Virus record (IMG/VR): IMGVR_UViG_3300035665_000004
Location: 57,947 to 121,946 of that record
Source: a virus
Direction: 5' to 3' (one strand)
DNA length: 64,000 bases
Position numbers and translations under genes: made by a program. Numbering within the stretch: the stretch's first letter is position 1; each line of letters starts with the position of its first letter. Shown piece by piece: positions 19,457 through 29,653 of this stretch. The notes beneath the pieces are model-generated. The model searched no databases. It saw nothing but the letters and a program-made list of their open reading frames with translations, and was not told where the DNA came from.

Positions 19457-19801
19457 TCATTGGTTTTTTAAACTATCCATAAGATCATCAAACATAGGTC
19501 TTATTTCATGTAATGGTGTGCCTTTTCGAAGTTCTAACTCCATATCTTGACAAAGATCACTTTCATAATAAAAATCACCATACAATAGTAGATTTTTTAC
19601 TGAGTGTAACTTAGTAGAAACAGCCGATATATTGTTAATATCATCATTGAATAACATAGTATTGATTTCCAACAAAGTCTCTTCAATATTGTCTACCATT
19701 AAAGTTGCTTTTATACTAACCTCATCACCATTTAGAGTTTCACATAAAAAATCATATATAGCATCGTAAAATTTAATTCTATCAATTGATGAGTTCATCA
19801 T
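19457..19801 (-). CDS. HPt (histidine phosphotransfer) domain protein
   Basis: All-helical and acidic, with KLHSVKNLLLYGD...SDLCQDME matching H.LKG...G....L...C..LE. Start placed at ATG 19801 after GGGGGA. Confidence 0.7.
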   Translation of the reverse strand: MMNSSIDRIKFYDAIYDFLCETLNGDEVSIKATLMVDNIEETLLEINTMLFNDDINNISAVSTKLHSVKNLLLYGDFYYESDLCQDMELELRKGTPLHEIRPMFDDLMDSLKNQ

Positions 19802-19864
19802 AGTTTCCCCCAAAATACCACTTATATCTAAAAATTTAACACCAATATTAAAACTTCAAAAAAA

Positions 19865-21073
19865 TCAAATGAATGAATTGTGGGTTGATATATAACCAAC
19901 CAAAAACTCAAAAGAATTTTTATCAGGTTGTTTATACACCATATCTAAACATAAATTCAATAATAAGCCGACATCTTTACCACTAAAACCCATATTAATC
20001 AAATCGACACCATTAACTTTTAAATCTTTTATCATAATTGGACAGTTGGAATTTTTAATTATATTTAACAACTCTATATGGTTATTTATTGCGTTACCAT
20101 GAAAATATCGATGAAATTCCAAAATAATCTCTGTCAACTCAAAATCTTTTGAAACATTACTTAATACTTTTTTAATTTCAAAAGGAGTAATATCCTCGAT
20201 AGAATCTAAAAATTTTAATTGACTAACTATCTTTCTAAATGATATAGGTAATTTAAATTCTGGACACCAACCATTATGATATACCAAAGGTATTAAACTA
20301 TTAGTGTTTATCATATCGGTCAAAATAATATTCGACATTTGTTTATTATGATTTATAAAATCAAAATCCATAACATCACACAGTGAGTTTATAATGAAGG
20401 TTTTATCATCTGAGGTCAACTCAGGCAATGAAAAAATATTATTCAATTCACTATACACCCGTTCAAGTGACAATTTAGAAACATCAAACACTGTTTTTGC
20501 GTCAATCACTGTTTTTTCATCAAAACATAACCCCAACTTTAGTTTAAATCGCACAAACCTTAAAAACCTAAGATTATCTTCTCTGATTCTATCAATAGTA
20601 TTTCCAACAAATCGTAATTTCTTATTATTAATATCATCTAGCCCACCCATAACATCGACAAATTCGTTAGTAAGTGGATTAAACGCCATCGCATTTATAG
20701 TAAAATCTCTGCGAATTAAATCACCAGTTATAGAATCAGAAAATTCTATAGTTGCTCGTCTACCATCGGATGAAACATCATTTCTATACCTGGTTATTTC
20801 ATAATTTTCTCCATTCAAGTGAATGGTCAAGGTTCCATGATCTTCCCCAGTGCAGATAACATGATCAAACAATGTTTTAGTTATTTCTAATGGGCAATTT
20901 GTAGTAAAATCAATATCTTTGGGTTTTAAACCAAATAACAAATCTCTTACTGGTCCACCAACAATCCAGCATTCATATCCCAGGTGTAAATATTTTTCGA
21001 TGATGAACACTATATCATCACGCATATTTTGTGCTATATTATCATTAAATGACTTTTGTAAATTATGATGCAT
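19865..21073 (-). CDS. cca: CCA tRNA nucleotidyltransferase / poly(A) polymerase family
   Basis: Motifs VGGPVRDLL, DIDFTT, DLIRRDFTINAMA and EDNLRFLRFVRF. Confidence 0.88.
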   Translation of the reverse strand: MHHNLQKSFNDNIAQNMRDDIVFIIEKYLHLGYECWIVGGPVRDLLFGLKPKDIDFTTNCPLEITKTLFDHVICTGEDHGTLTIHLNGENYEITRYRNDVSSDGRRATIEFSDSITGDLIRRDFTINAMAFNPLTNEFVDVMGGLDDINNKKLRFVGNTIDRIREDNLRFLRFVRFKLKLGLCFDEKTVIDAKTVFDVSKLSLERVYSELNNIFSLPELTSDDKTFIINSLCDVMDFDFINHNKQMSNIILTDMINTNSLIPLVYHNGWCPEFKLPISFRKIVSQLKFLDSIEDITPFEIKKVLSNVSKDFELTEIILEFHRYFHGNAINNHIELLNIIKNSNCPIMIKDLKVNGVDLINMGFSGKDVGLLLNLCLDMVYKQPDKNSFEFLVGYISTHNSFI

Positions 21074-21159
21074 GTGATGTCCAATTTAAAATATAAGTTG
21101 ACATATTATACTAAAATCCCCAAATATTACAAAAAAATAATTGGGGATTTTAAATTATT

Positions 21160-21747
21160 TTAAACCAATCGCAAATATTTTCTTTCCAAGTATTTTATTA
21201 AACCAAATTCAAATCCTTGAAAATCATCAATTTTTATAAATTCGTTTTCTTTTCTAATATCATTGATTATATTTAAATCATGTTGAATTTCTATTTCTAA
21301 TCCATCAGTAACAGGCATAATCATAGTAAATGGATTTATAAGTTCATCCCTAGAACTTTTTTTACAGGTTGTTAATCTCCATAATGGGAATCGCACCATT
21401 TTTTCGCTCATGTCATCATTAAAATGAATGTACGCGTGAGCCAAACCATCATCAATTTCATATTCGGCATCATATATTGTAGTAAATGGTGTATTTACCG
21501 GATATTTTGTTGTTTTATCTAATAAATCATCAAAATTAATATTATCATCGATATGCCAATCACGCATAAAATAATCAAGTGGAAAATCCTTGTAAGAACT
21601 CCCACCCGTTTGACATTTTACACTATCATCATTAAAGCTTATAGGACTAACAACATAATTAAATAATCGATTATGCCTACATACCTTACCAATAAGCGAT
21701 GCTATTGAAATGTTATTAACACTCACAAACTTACTCTCCACTAGCAT
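21160..21747 (-). CDS. Hypothetical protein
   Basis: 195-aa ORF overlapping the upstream gene; no motif recognised. Confidence 0.7.
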   Translation of the reverse strand: MLVESKFVSVNNISIASLIGKVCRHNRLFNYVVSPISFNDDSVKCQTGGSSYKDFPLDYFMRDWHIDDNINFDDLLDKTTKYPVNTPFTTIYDAEYEIDDGLAHAYIHFNDDMSEKMVRFPLWRLTTCKKSSRDELINPFTMIMPVTDGLEIEIQHDLNIINDIRKENEFIKIDDFQGFEFGLIKYLERKYLRLV

Positions 21748-22729
21748 TTTTTAATGAATCATCCCGTTTAACCTCCTGATTGCCATCTTTAAATGCCCAT
21801 TTATCATATAAATGTGTAGACATACCACGTTTTTTAATTTGTTCAATTGGTGCATTTTTATATTTTTCAACTAAATGATCAACAAAAACATCAACCGCAT
21901 CCATATTATCACCAAAACCATCACCTTTTTTAGCCATGTCAGCCATAACCTCCCGTTCAGTTTCTAAAAATGACATAATCTCAAATTGTACAAATGATGG
22001 ATTAATTCCCAATTGTTCCAGCCATTCTTGGTTTGGTTCATTGATATAACCAATTTGTCTACAACTTCTTAAAGATTGTAAAAAACATCTACGTAAATTA
22101 TAGGTGACATCGGAGGTTTCCATATCAATTTCATCCCAATTTTCTAAACCAAAATGTTTAACAATATCATCATACGCATCCTGATACATACCAATTTCTT
22201 TAACCGCTTGTTCAATGTGTACTCGACCATCGACCATTTTTGATTTGACTTCCTCTAATTCAATTTCAATTCGTTCTAAATCCAATTCCTTATAAACGGG
22301 AGTTGGATATTTTTTACCATCACCAACCTCTGCATCTAAAATTTCCTGTCTACGAAGTAATTTGCGTTTCAGATCATTTTGTTGTTTTAATAATCTGAAT
22401 TGTGCTTCCGATAATGCACCACGTTTAGTTTCAAGTTGGGCGTGAATTTGACGAATATTTCTTTCTGGGGTAGCTTCAGAAAGAGTTAATGCCAATGAAA
22501 CAAACTGAGTATTTGTTTTCGCAAATGCGTTTAAGCCCCTATTGATTTCGGGCATTCTTTCTGCAATTTCTTGCATTCTCGTATCATCAATAGTAACCAT
22601 TGAAAAATCTTCTTGACCAGCTCTGGTAGCAATTTTATGAAATGCAGTAGTTGTGAATTTTTCCAATAAGTTATTTTCTTTAGTAGTCAAAGAATTTTCT
22701 GTTTCTTGTTTTGTTAACGATGTACTCAT
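21731..22729 (-). CDS. Coiled-coil protein of the TP.R..RQ family (propeller-cassette associated)
   Basis: ATPERNIRQIHAQLETK followed by a long coiled coil; similar to 46472..47173 (LTPHRILRQILLELETR). Confidence 0.65.
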   Translation of the reverse strand: MSTSLTKQETENSLTTKENNLLEKFTTTAFHKIATRAGQEDFSMVTIDDTRMQEIAERMPEINRGLNAFAKTNTQFVSLALTLSEATPERNIRQIHAQLETKRGALSEAQFRLLKQQNDLKRKLLRRQEILDAEVGDGKKYPTPVYKELDLERIEIELEEVKSKMVDGRVHIEQAVKEIGMYQDAYDDIVKHFGLENWDEIDMETSDVTYNLRRCFLQSLRSCRQIGYINEPNQEWLEQLGINPSFVQFEIMSFLETEREVMADMAKKGDGFGDNMDAVDVFVDHLVEKYKNAPIEQIKKRGMSTHLYDKWAFKDGNQEVKRDDSLKNASGE

Positions 22730-22761
22730 TTTATTTTCCCTTTAAATAGTGTTAAATAGTT

Positions 22762-24449
22762 TTAACTTATTATACATTTTTTCCATTCAAAAACAGCTAT
22801 ACCACAATCCCAAATACGATTATAACCATTATTTTTCAAGTTTTCCCAAACTGATAGTTTTGAGGAATAGGTTACACAATGTGATTTCACCCAGTGATGT
22901 TCAATTTCATCGATAGATACCAAACCATCAAGAAATTTACCGAAAATGTGAAAATTCGGTGGTGTGGTTTTAACTTTGGTGAATCCAACTAAACTCAATA
23001 TTCGTTCGTCATCATACCGCATATTCAAAAAATATGTTATTTTTGAAACATCATAGGTTTTTAAAAAATAATCCCACAGTTTTTTAAAACCACCATCGAT
23101 TTCACAGTGTGTCTTAACACAAATTCGATTCAAAACAAAACTACCATAACTCCTTTTTGTGAACGTTATTACTAAAACTAAGTCATCATTATTAAAAAGA
23201 CCAAATTGTACATTTGATAAATCAGAACCTTGTAGATGATTATTTTCTAAAAAAACATCCTTTTCTTTTTTTGTTATTTCTTTTGCATCGCAGTGATCAA
23301 CATCAATCAAGATGTTGAATTGATCAAGATACCGGTTAATCAAAGATAACACGATATGTTTTTGTGAATTCCATTCAGTTTCGCAAATATGAATCAGCCG
23401 AATACCCTTTTCAGCACATTTTAGAGTTTTTTCTAAATGATATGATCTACCAACTCCCATTTTCTCACTATGCCACCAAATACCATTAAACTCAATTGCT
23501 AATTTCTTTGATGGAAAGTAAATATCTAACTCTTTTCCATCAAGAACAGTCCTATTGATTGATACTTATCTTCGATATTAATGCTTTCAAATAATTCAGT
23601 TTCCACCTTTGAAATCCCATTCAATTTTGGATTACAGTAATCACAAAATGGTTCACTGTAGATAGTGCTATTAAACTCATTACCACAATCATTACATAAC
23701 CACAAATAATGATAATCGATACCAATATAATCATCTGCTGAAAATAGTGGTTTACATTTTGAAAAGTTTAATATCACAGTATCATAATAATTTTTCCTAT
23801 GGGTTAAAAGACCAGCAGCACGTTTTTAGGATGCATTAATGGTGTTTTAAAACCAAATTTTTTTAAATTTGTTATCTCAGATTTACGTTTTACCGATTTT
23901 ACCTGTTGTGGATTAGTCACGTTATGATGTTTGGCGAAATAGTTTTTAACTTTTTGTTGTATCAATTTTGATTGAAAAGGAAAATCAACACCGATATTTT
24001 TTTGGTTTGTTTCCTTGATTTTGTTTTGAATCTTACGGTCGTTAAAATGATTCTCACAACCATAATTGATAATATTAGTCTTTTTAATTTTTTCTTTTGT
24101 TTCGGTGAGGTGCATATGGTGTTCAACACCATAAGTATCCAAACATTTTACTTTTTTAGCGTGATCAACGGAACAACCAAGTGAATACACATTAACCGAG
24201 TTATTAAACATTCGATTATTGTTACATGATGGATAACCACATATAAGTGGTGATAATATTTGATGTTTTAAAGAATATAATGCTTCTTTAGTAGATTTTG
24301 TCCAGGGAAATATTAGGTGCAAATCATCCAATAATTCCGGGGGTTTCAGTAATTTTTTTAATCCAACTACGGGTATTTACGATTTTGAGAAGAAAATTAT
24401 ATTTTGATATATTTGATTTGATTGAATTTTCACTGAATTTTGATACCAC
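22762..24449 (-). pseudogene. Hef-like homing endonuclease broken by three single-base frameshifts
   Basis: Correcting +1 in the G5 run (24339-43), -1 in the A5 run (about 23823-27) and -1 at about 23555 restores one 563-codon frame. It then reads YGVEH repeats, C..C zinc motifs and ELDIYFPSKKLAIEFNGIWWHSE...IRLIHI.E.EW. Confidence 0.8.
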
Positions 24450-24533
24450 ACTATTTTCCCCACCTTATTTTTTTGTATTTCATTTTACAAAAAACTAAGA
24501 TGGAGAAAATTATGTGTTTAAGTTACTTATTTT

Positions 24534-25271
24534 TTAAACGCCTCTATCAGCATTATATGAATAAGCAGATGTAACAAATTGATTGATTTGTTCTTCTTTT
24601 TCAACAATTTCACTTATTGATTCAATGCCACCTTTTAAATCTGCTCTCATTTTCACTTCATCAGATAATAATGTAGCTGTTAATTTATCCATAGAATTTT
24701 TTGATGGATTTGCATCTTTTTGTGCCTGTGTTCTTGTGTTCCATTCATGTGCAAAATAATAAAGTGCCATTTGAGTAGCAACTTTAGTATCAGCAATATC
24801 ATCCTCAACGTCTACAATATTTCCTCTGATTTGATTTCTCAATACAGATTTAGCATCAAATTTTTGAATCCACGCTTTTGCGTTTTGATAAGGAATAATA
24901 TCTTCAGATGTAAAATTTTTCTGTGATTTATCATCTTTATAATCTAATGGTTCAATTACTGTACCATCTTTTACTCCATCAACACCAACAATAACTTGAC
25001 CTGGATTAAGTTCTAACCGAAGTTTATCGCCAAAACCATTTACATTATATGCAGGTGCATTATAAGCACCCTCATATCTAGGTCCGTTGATTGCAGCACT
25101 AAAATTATCATCAACAGGTTGTACATTAAACTCTTGAATAGATGAAATTGCAGAATCTGATACATCAACAACTACCCAACCATTAATGTTACCAACAATA
25201 TTGACATCTTGTACCTGTGGGGTTGTACCACCAAGTGTTTGAATGTCGTTAGTTTTTAAAATACCTTGCAT
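24534..25271 (-). CDS. Propeller partner / putative fibre chaperone (paralog 3)
   Basis: C-terminal DVEDDIADTK...EW motif shared with 26910..27554 and 29654..30307. Confidence 0.6.
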   Translation of the reverse strand: MQGILKTNDIQTLGGTTPQVQDVNIVGNINGWVVVDVSDSAISSIQEFNVQPVDDNFSAAINGPRYEGAYNAPAYNVNGFGDKLRLELNPGQVIVGVDGVKDGTVIEPLDYKDDKSQKNFTSEDIIPYQNAKAWIQKFDAKSVLRNQIRGNIVDVEDDIADTKVATQMALYYFAHEWNTRTQAQKDANPSKNSMDKLTATLLSDEVKMRADLKGGIESISEIVEKEEQINQFVTSAYSYNADRGV

Positions 25272-25282
25272 TTTTATTCTCC

Positions 25283-26896
25283 TTAGTTGCCAGATGTTGC
25301 GTCAAATTCTTGTCTAGACTGACCAATATTTCCAAAATAATTCGTATTACCTGGGGTATTTGCGTCAAAACTTCTAATTTGTCTCCAACCACACCAACCA
25401 TAACTCCAACCACCAGCAATACTTATAGTTACACCATTACTTGATGATGCTGCATGTGCCATATAATTACCAGTATTACCAAAATATGCTGAACCACCTG
25501 GCGTTGCGATAGTAAGGACTTCGATTGAACCACTAGGTGCCCACCAACCACCAAATACAAACCCTTTAACACCGTTTGTATTGCCAGTGTTACAATATCT
25601 GTTCCACCGTAATTCACCAAAGTATGAACCGTTTGATGGTGTGGCAATAGTGATATAGTCCATACTAGAAAAAATATTCCACCAGTTGTAATAACCACCA
25701 GCATTCACACCTTTAGTACCGTCAGTGATATGAGTGTTTGACCAGAAACGACCCACCCATGATGAACCAAAGTTTTTATAATTTGATGGTGTTGAAATAG
25801 TAACATATTCAACATCACTTCTACTCGCCCACCAACTATTCCAACCACCTGAAAATACTCCTTTCGATCCATCAGAAACACCCTGTGCAGCTAAAGCACG
25901 GTAAACTGCTTCACCAAAATATCTACTATTACCTGGAGTTGAAAATGTAATATATTGGTAGTTTGAAGACCAATTCCATCCAGGTCTTCCACCTTGATGC
26001 CATAAACCTCTACCACCACCAGTAACACCGATTGGATTTCCGTTTACACCACTGATACTTCCAAAATCACGACCATTCATAGGCGTTGATAATTGTACGT
26101 ATTCACTATCAACCCAATAACCGCACCACATATAGCCACCAGAATAAACCATTCTGTCACCCATAAACCCATAAACAGTTCTACCTAATCTAACAGCATT
26201 GTTCATGTCATAAATCAATTGTCCAAATTTTGCATTTGAAGCATCAAATGTTCCGATAGTTCTTTTTACAACTGCGATACCTGTTGATTTATTTAAAATA
26301 ATAACACCTGTTGGGATTTTAGAGACATCATCTTCATTAGAATTAACAGCATAAATGAATGAATCTTTGTTTATATGGTATTTACCTTTATCACCCAAAT
26401 AGATTGATTTATCTCTAATATATAAAGTTCTAAATCTGTTACTATATGAACCTAAATCGTGTGTTTCATTTTTATCTGGAACAATGTTTCCAGATGTTGA
26501 GAATTTTTTCTCCATTACTACTGAACCAGTGATTGTACCACCAGATTTATCAAACTTATCAGAAATATCAACATATGTTAATACCCATGTTTTGATTTCT
26601 TGTGTAGTTCTACCACCAATTTTAGAAACATTGTGTCCCCATTTAGTACCATTGAAAATTTTCAATGTTTTATCTTTTGTATTATACCACATTTGCCCTT
26701 TTAATGGGTCTTCTGGTGCCTTATCATATGCAAAATTTTCAAGGATTTTAACGAAGTTTTGGTTGAAATCCTCGATATATGATTCCGCACCTCTACCGAT
26801 TAAAGCTGTAGAGATAACATCTTTTAAGACCTCTTTAGAACTAACATCGGCGATTACCTCACCGCGAGTATTTTTTACTGTAATTACTGTTGTCAT
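25283..26896 (-). CDS. Virion-anchored six-blade Kelch-like propeller protein (putative RBP 3)
   Basis: N-terminal FVKILENFA...P..P.KGQMWY anchor and six roughly 48-aa GG...Y.TI.TP.N...FG repeats with very Trp-rich loops. Confidence 0.65.
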   Translation of the reverse strand: MTTVITVKNTRGEVIADVSSKEVLKDVISTALIGRGAESYIEDFNQNFVKILENFAYDKAPEDPLKGQMWYNTKDKTLKIFNGTKWGHNVSKIGGRTTQEIKTWVLTYVDISDKFDKSGGTITGSVVMEKKFSTSGNIVPDKNETHDLGSYSNRFRTLYIRDKSIYLGDKGKYHINKDSFIYAVNSNEDDVSKIPTGVIILNKSTGIAVVKRTIGTFDASNAKFGQLIYDMNNAVRLGRTVYGFMGDRMVYSGGYMWCGYWVDSEYVQLSTPMNGRDFGSISGVNGNPIGVTGGGRGLWHQGGRPGWNWSSNYQYITFSTPGNSRYFGEAVYRALAAQGVSDGSKGVFSGGWNSWWASRSDVEYVTISTPSNYKNFGSSWVGRFWSNTHITDGTKGVNAGGYYNWWNIFSSMDYITIATPSNGSYFGELRWNRYCNTGNTNGVKGFVFGGWWAPSGSIEVLTIATPGGSAYFGNTGNYMAHAASSSNGVTISIAGGWSYGWCGWRQIRSFDANTPGNTNYFGNIGQSRQEFDATSGN

Positions 26897-26909
26897 TATT
26901 TACTCCCTA

Positions 26910-27554
26910 TTATAGCTTTTTAGTAAGATAATAATTGTCAACTACTTTAGCAATTTCAACTTCTAAATTGACAACGTCTTCAATTTTTTTCAAATCATTT
27001 TCGATAGTTGATAGTGCATCAATGTTATCAGCAACAGCAACATCTAAATCATCCAAAACTGTTTTAAATCTACTTTTACTTTTATCTTCATCAGATTTTA
27101 CACGCCAATCATCAACAACAAAGGTGATTAAACTTTGAACAATTCTTTTTAAGTCGACTAAATCATCTTCAACATCTTTTATTTCTCTTACTTTCGCTCT
27201 AGTTATTATTTTGGATTCTAAATTATTTATAAACTTTTCAGCCAAATCCATATTTTCTTTATCTGTTTCTGATAAAGATATTTCAATTTCTAAACCAGCT
27301 GGAGCACCCAATTTACCAATATTTGGATCACTACTCAATTCAACATCTTCAACCAATAATCTATCCAATACTTGTAACCCTCTGACAACTTCGGAGGGAA
27401 CTGCAATAAAATCAAATTCTTTGTAGAAATGTGCTTTTTCATCTGGACAATTTGCTAAATTCCAACCTTTATAGTAGGCTAACCCAACTTCAATACCCTG
27501 AGGATGAACACCACCGATGCCAGGAATATTATTTTCTTTATAAATTACATACAT
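26910..27554 (-). CDS. Propeller partner / putative fibre chaperone (paralog 2)
   Basis: Y.IYKEN.IP.IGGV.P.GIE.GLA.Y.GW N-terminus shared with 29654..30307, plus the DVEDDLVDLK motif. Confidence 0.6.
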   Translation of the reverse strand: MYVIYKENNIPGIGGVHPQGIEVGLAYYKGWNLANCPDEKAHFYKEFDFIAVPSEVVRGLQVLDRLLVEDVELSSDPNIGKLGAPAGLEIEISLSETDKENMDLAEKFINNLESKIITRAKVREIKDVEDDLVDLKRIVQSLITFVVDDWRVKSDEDKSKSRFKTVLDDLDVAVADNIDALSTIENDLKKIEDVVNLEVEIAKVVDNYYLTKKL

Positions 27555-27569
27555 TGTTTAAACTCCTTA

Positions 27570-29636
27570 TTAGTTACCTGAGAAATATGCTGAAAATCTA
27601 ATTCCAACACTAGCATTTCCGAATGTTGTTGCCGAACCACCATTTGCATATGATAAATAATCCAAAGTAGTTAAATATTGACTTCCACTAGCGGCTACCA
27701 TTCTACTATCATTTGAAACTGGATCCGCAGTATGTCTAGAATAAGTTAATGTTCCGAAACTTGTTGAATTACTTGGTGTTGCCAATGTTAATTTTTCAAC
27801 ATTGTTGGTGATACCAGCACCATTATTACCTGCAGCCCATAAACCATGTGTACCATTTGATGTAGCACCTGTCCAACCTCTAGAAGTTTGCATCTTACCA
27901 AAATAAATTGAATTGCTTGGTGTAGAAATAGTGACATATCTGTATTCTTGTGCGTTCCATGCAGCAGCACCTCTATCAAAAATAGCTTTAACACCATCAG
28001 AAACAGCAGCATTCCAGTAAGCAGATGTACCTAAATCAGCAAACTTAACAGCGTTCATTGGGGTTGAGAATAACACATAATATGAAGACCCAGCATCATT
28101 TCCACCACCAAAAGTAATTGCGGTAGTACCATCAGAAGCCGCTGCAGATGAATTACCTGCATTATATGTACCAAAATCAACAGCATTGCCAGGTGTTGCG
28201 ATAGTAACATATTGAATGCCACCATATGAATGTTGCCAGAATGATAAACCTCTTACACCATCAGATGCACCCGCAGAATGTCCACCAGATCTACATGAGC
28301 CAAACTGAGTTGAATTTCCTGTAGTTGGAATTGAAACTGCTTGGATATACCCATGTGACCACGAACCCATCCACAAACCTTTGTCACCATTAAAGTTATA
28401 GTTATTTCCACCAATAACAACACCGTATTTTTTATCACCAGATAATTTTTTAAAAGTATTATTATCTGTTGAACCAACAAATGATGCTTTTTTAACAATT
28501 GCTTCACCTGTAGCTCTATTCAAAATCAATGATCCCACTGGAATATTTGTTACTGAATCAGTTTCTTTTTCTACAGTGTAAACAAAAGAATTTTTGTTGA
28601 ATGATTTACCATCACCCATATAAATTGAATTGTCTTCTGATAAATGTAATCTTCTGAAACTTTTATCAACTGTACCTAAATCTTGAATTTCATTACCTGT
28701 TGGTGCTATGCTATCTTTTAAAGTTACTGAACCAGAAAATACAACTGAACCATTAACTGTACCACCAGTTTTATCAAATTTAACAGATAAATCGATACCT
28801 GACAAAATATAACTTCTTAAAGTTTTTAAATCTCTACCATCAATAGTTTCAGATGATGAACCCCATGTAGTACCATTCCAAACTAACAAATTATCATTTG
28901 TTGCGTTTGGAGATATTAATGATGTGTGAGGACTCATACCTTCAGTAGGTACTAATGATTCAAATGATGCATGTGCGAATGCGTAAGTTTTAGCATCATA
29001 ACCCTGTAAATCTTCTGAAATAATACCGAATTTTCCAGTACCAATTGCAGCATATGGATAACGATTCACATCTTTAATTTTATGCCACGCTTGTGAACCC
29101 AATGCACCCATTTTAGTATTTAAATCTTTGTTTGTGCCAATGGCATCATACGACACCAAAACAAACATTTCCGATTCACCAACTGTGCCTAATTTAGATG
29201 CAAGTTGAGTACAGGCAGATGATGCACCATACACGTCATAATTAGTAATAGATTTAACTTTTGTTTTGAACGTATTGTCAAAAATCATAAGTGTTAAACC
29301 ACGTTTAACAGGTACTTTCATATCTACACCATTAATATAGATATAGCAATCTGCCTTATAATTAGTTCCAGTACCTCTAACAGATACAATGTTTGAACCT
29401 TTTTTAGAATACCAAAGTTGACCTATTTGTGGTTTTTTCGGAGCAGTTTTTGATGAGAAATTTTCTAATAATCTATAGAAATTTTCATTTACCTGCTTCA
29501 AATAACTTTCAACACCTTTAGCAAATAAGTTAATAGAAGTGCTGGTAGTGTCTATAGCATTTGGTGTAGTAGTATTGATTGATGCCACCAACGCATTAGC
29601 TGTATTTCTGACTTCAATTTTAGTTTTTACCGTCAT
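27570..29636 (-). CDS. Virion-anchored propeller protein with an inserted ILEI/PANDER-like domain (putative RBP 2)
   Basis: Same anchor (NFYRLLENFS...GQLWY), an insert KRGLTLMIFD...YDVYG...VLVSYDA...LGS...RYPYAAIG, and six propeller repeats. Confidence 0.65.
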   Translation of the reverse strand: MTVKTKIEVRNTANALVASINTTTPNAIDTTSTSINLFAKGVESYLKQVNENFYRLLENFSSKTAPKKPQIGQLWYSKKGSNIVSVRGTGTNYKADCYIYINGVDMKVPVKRGLTLMIFDNTFKTKVKSITNYDVYGASSACTQLASKLGTVGESEMFVLVSYDAIGTNKDLNTKMGALGSQAWHKIKDVNRYPYAAIGTGKFGIISEDLQGYDAKTYAFAHASFESLVPTEGMSPHTSLISPNATNDNLLVWNGTTWGSSSETIDGRDLKTLRSYILSGIDLSVKFDKTGGTVNGSVVFSGSVTLKDSIAPTGNEIQDLGTVDKSFRRLHLSEDNSIYMGDGKSFNKNSFVYTVEKETDSVTNIPVGSLILNRATGEAIVKKASFVGSTDNNTFKKLSGDKKYGVVIGGNNYNFNGDKGLWMGSWSHGYIQAVSIPTTGNSTQFGSCRSGGHSAGASDGVRGLSFWQHSYGGIQYVTIATPGNAVDFGTYNAGNSSAAASDGTTAITFGGGNDAGSSYYVLFSTPMNAVKFADLGTSAYWNAAVSDGVKAIFDRGAAAWNAQEYRYVTISTPSNSIYFGKMQTSRGWTGATSNGTHGLWAAGNNGAGITNNVEKLTLATPSNSTSFGTLTYSRHTADPVSNDSRMVAASGSQYLTTLDYLSYANGGSATTFGNASVGIRFSAYFSGN

Positions 29637-29653
29637 TTTTAATCTCCCTTAAC

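Noticed and set aside
22762-24331. Three separate small genes (22762..23460, 23526..23777, 23804..24331)
   Set aside because: They join into one Hef-like endonuclease frame after single-base corrections.
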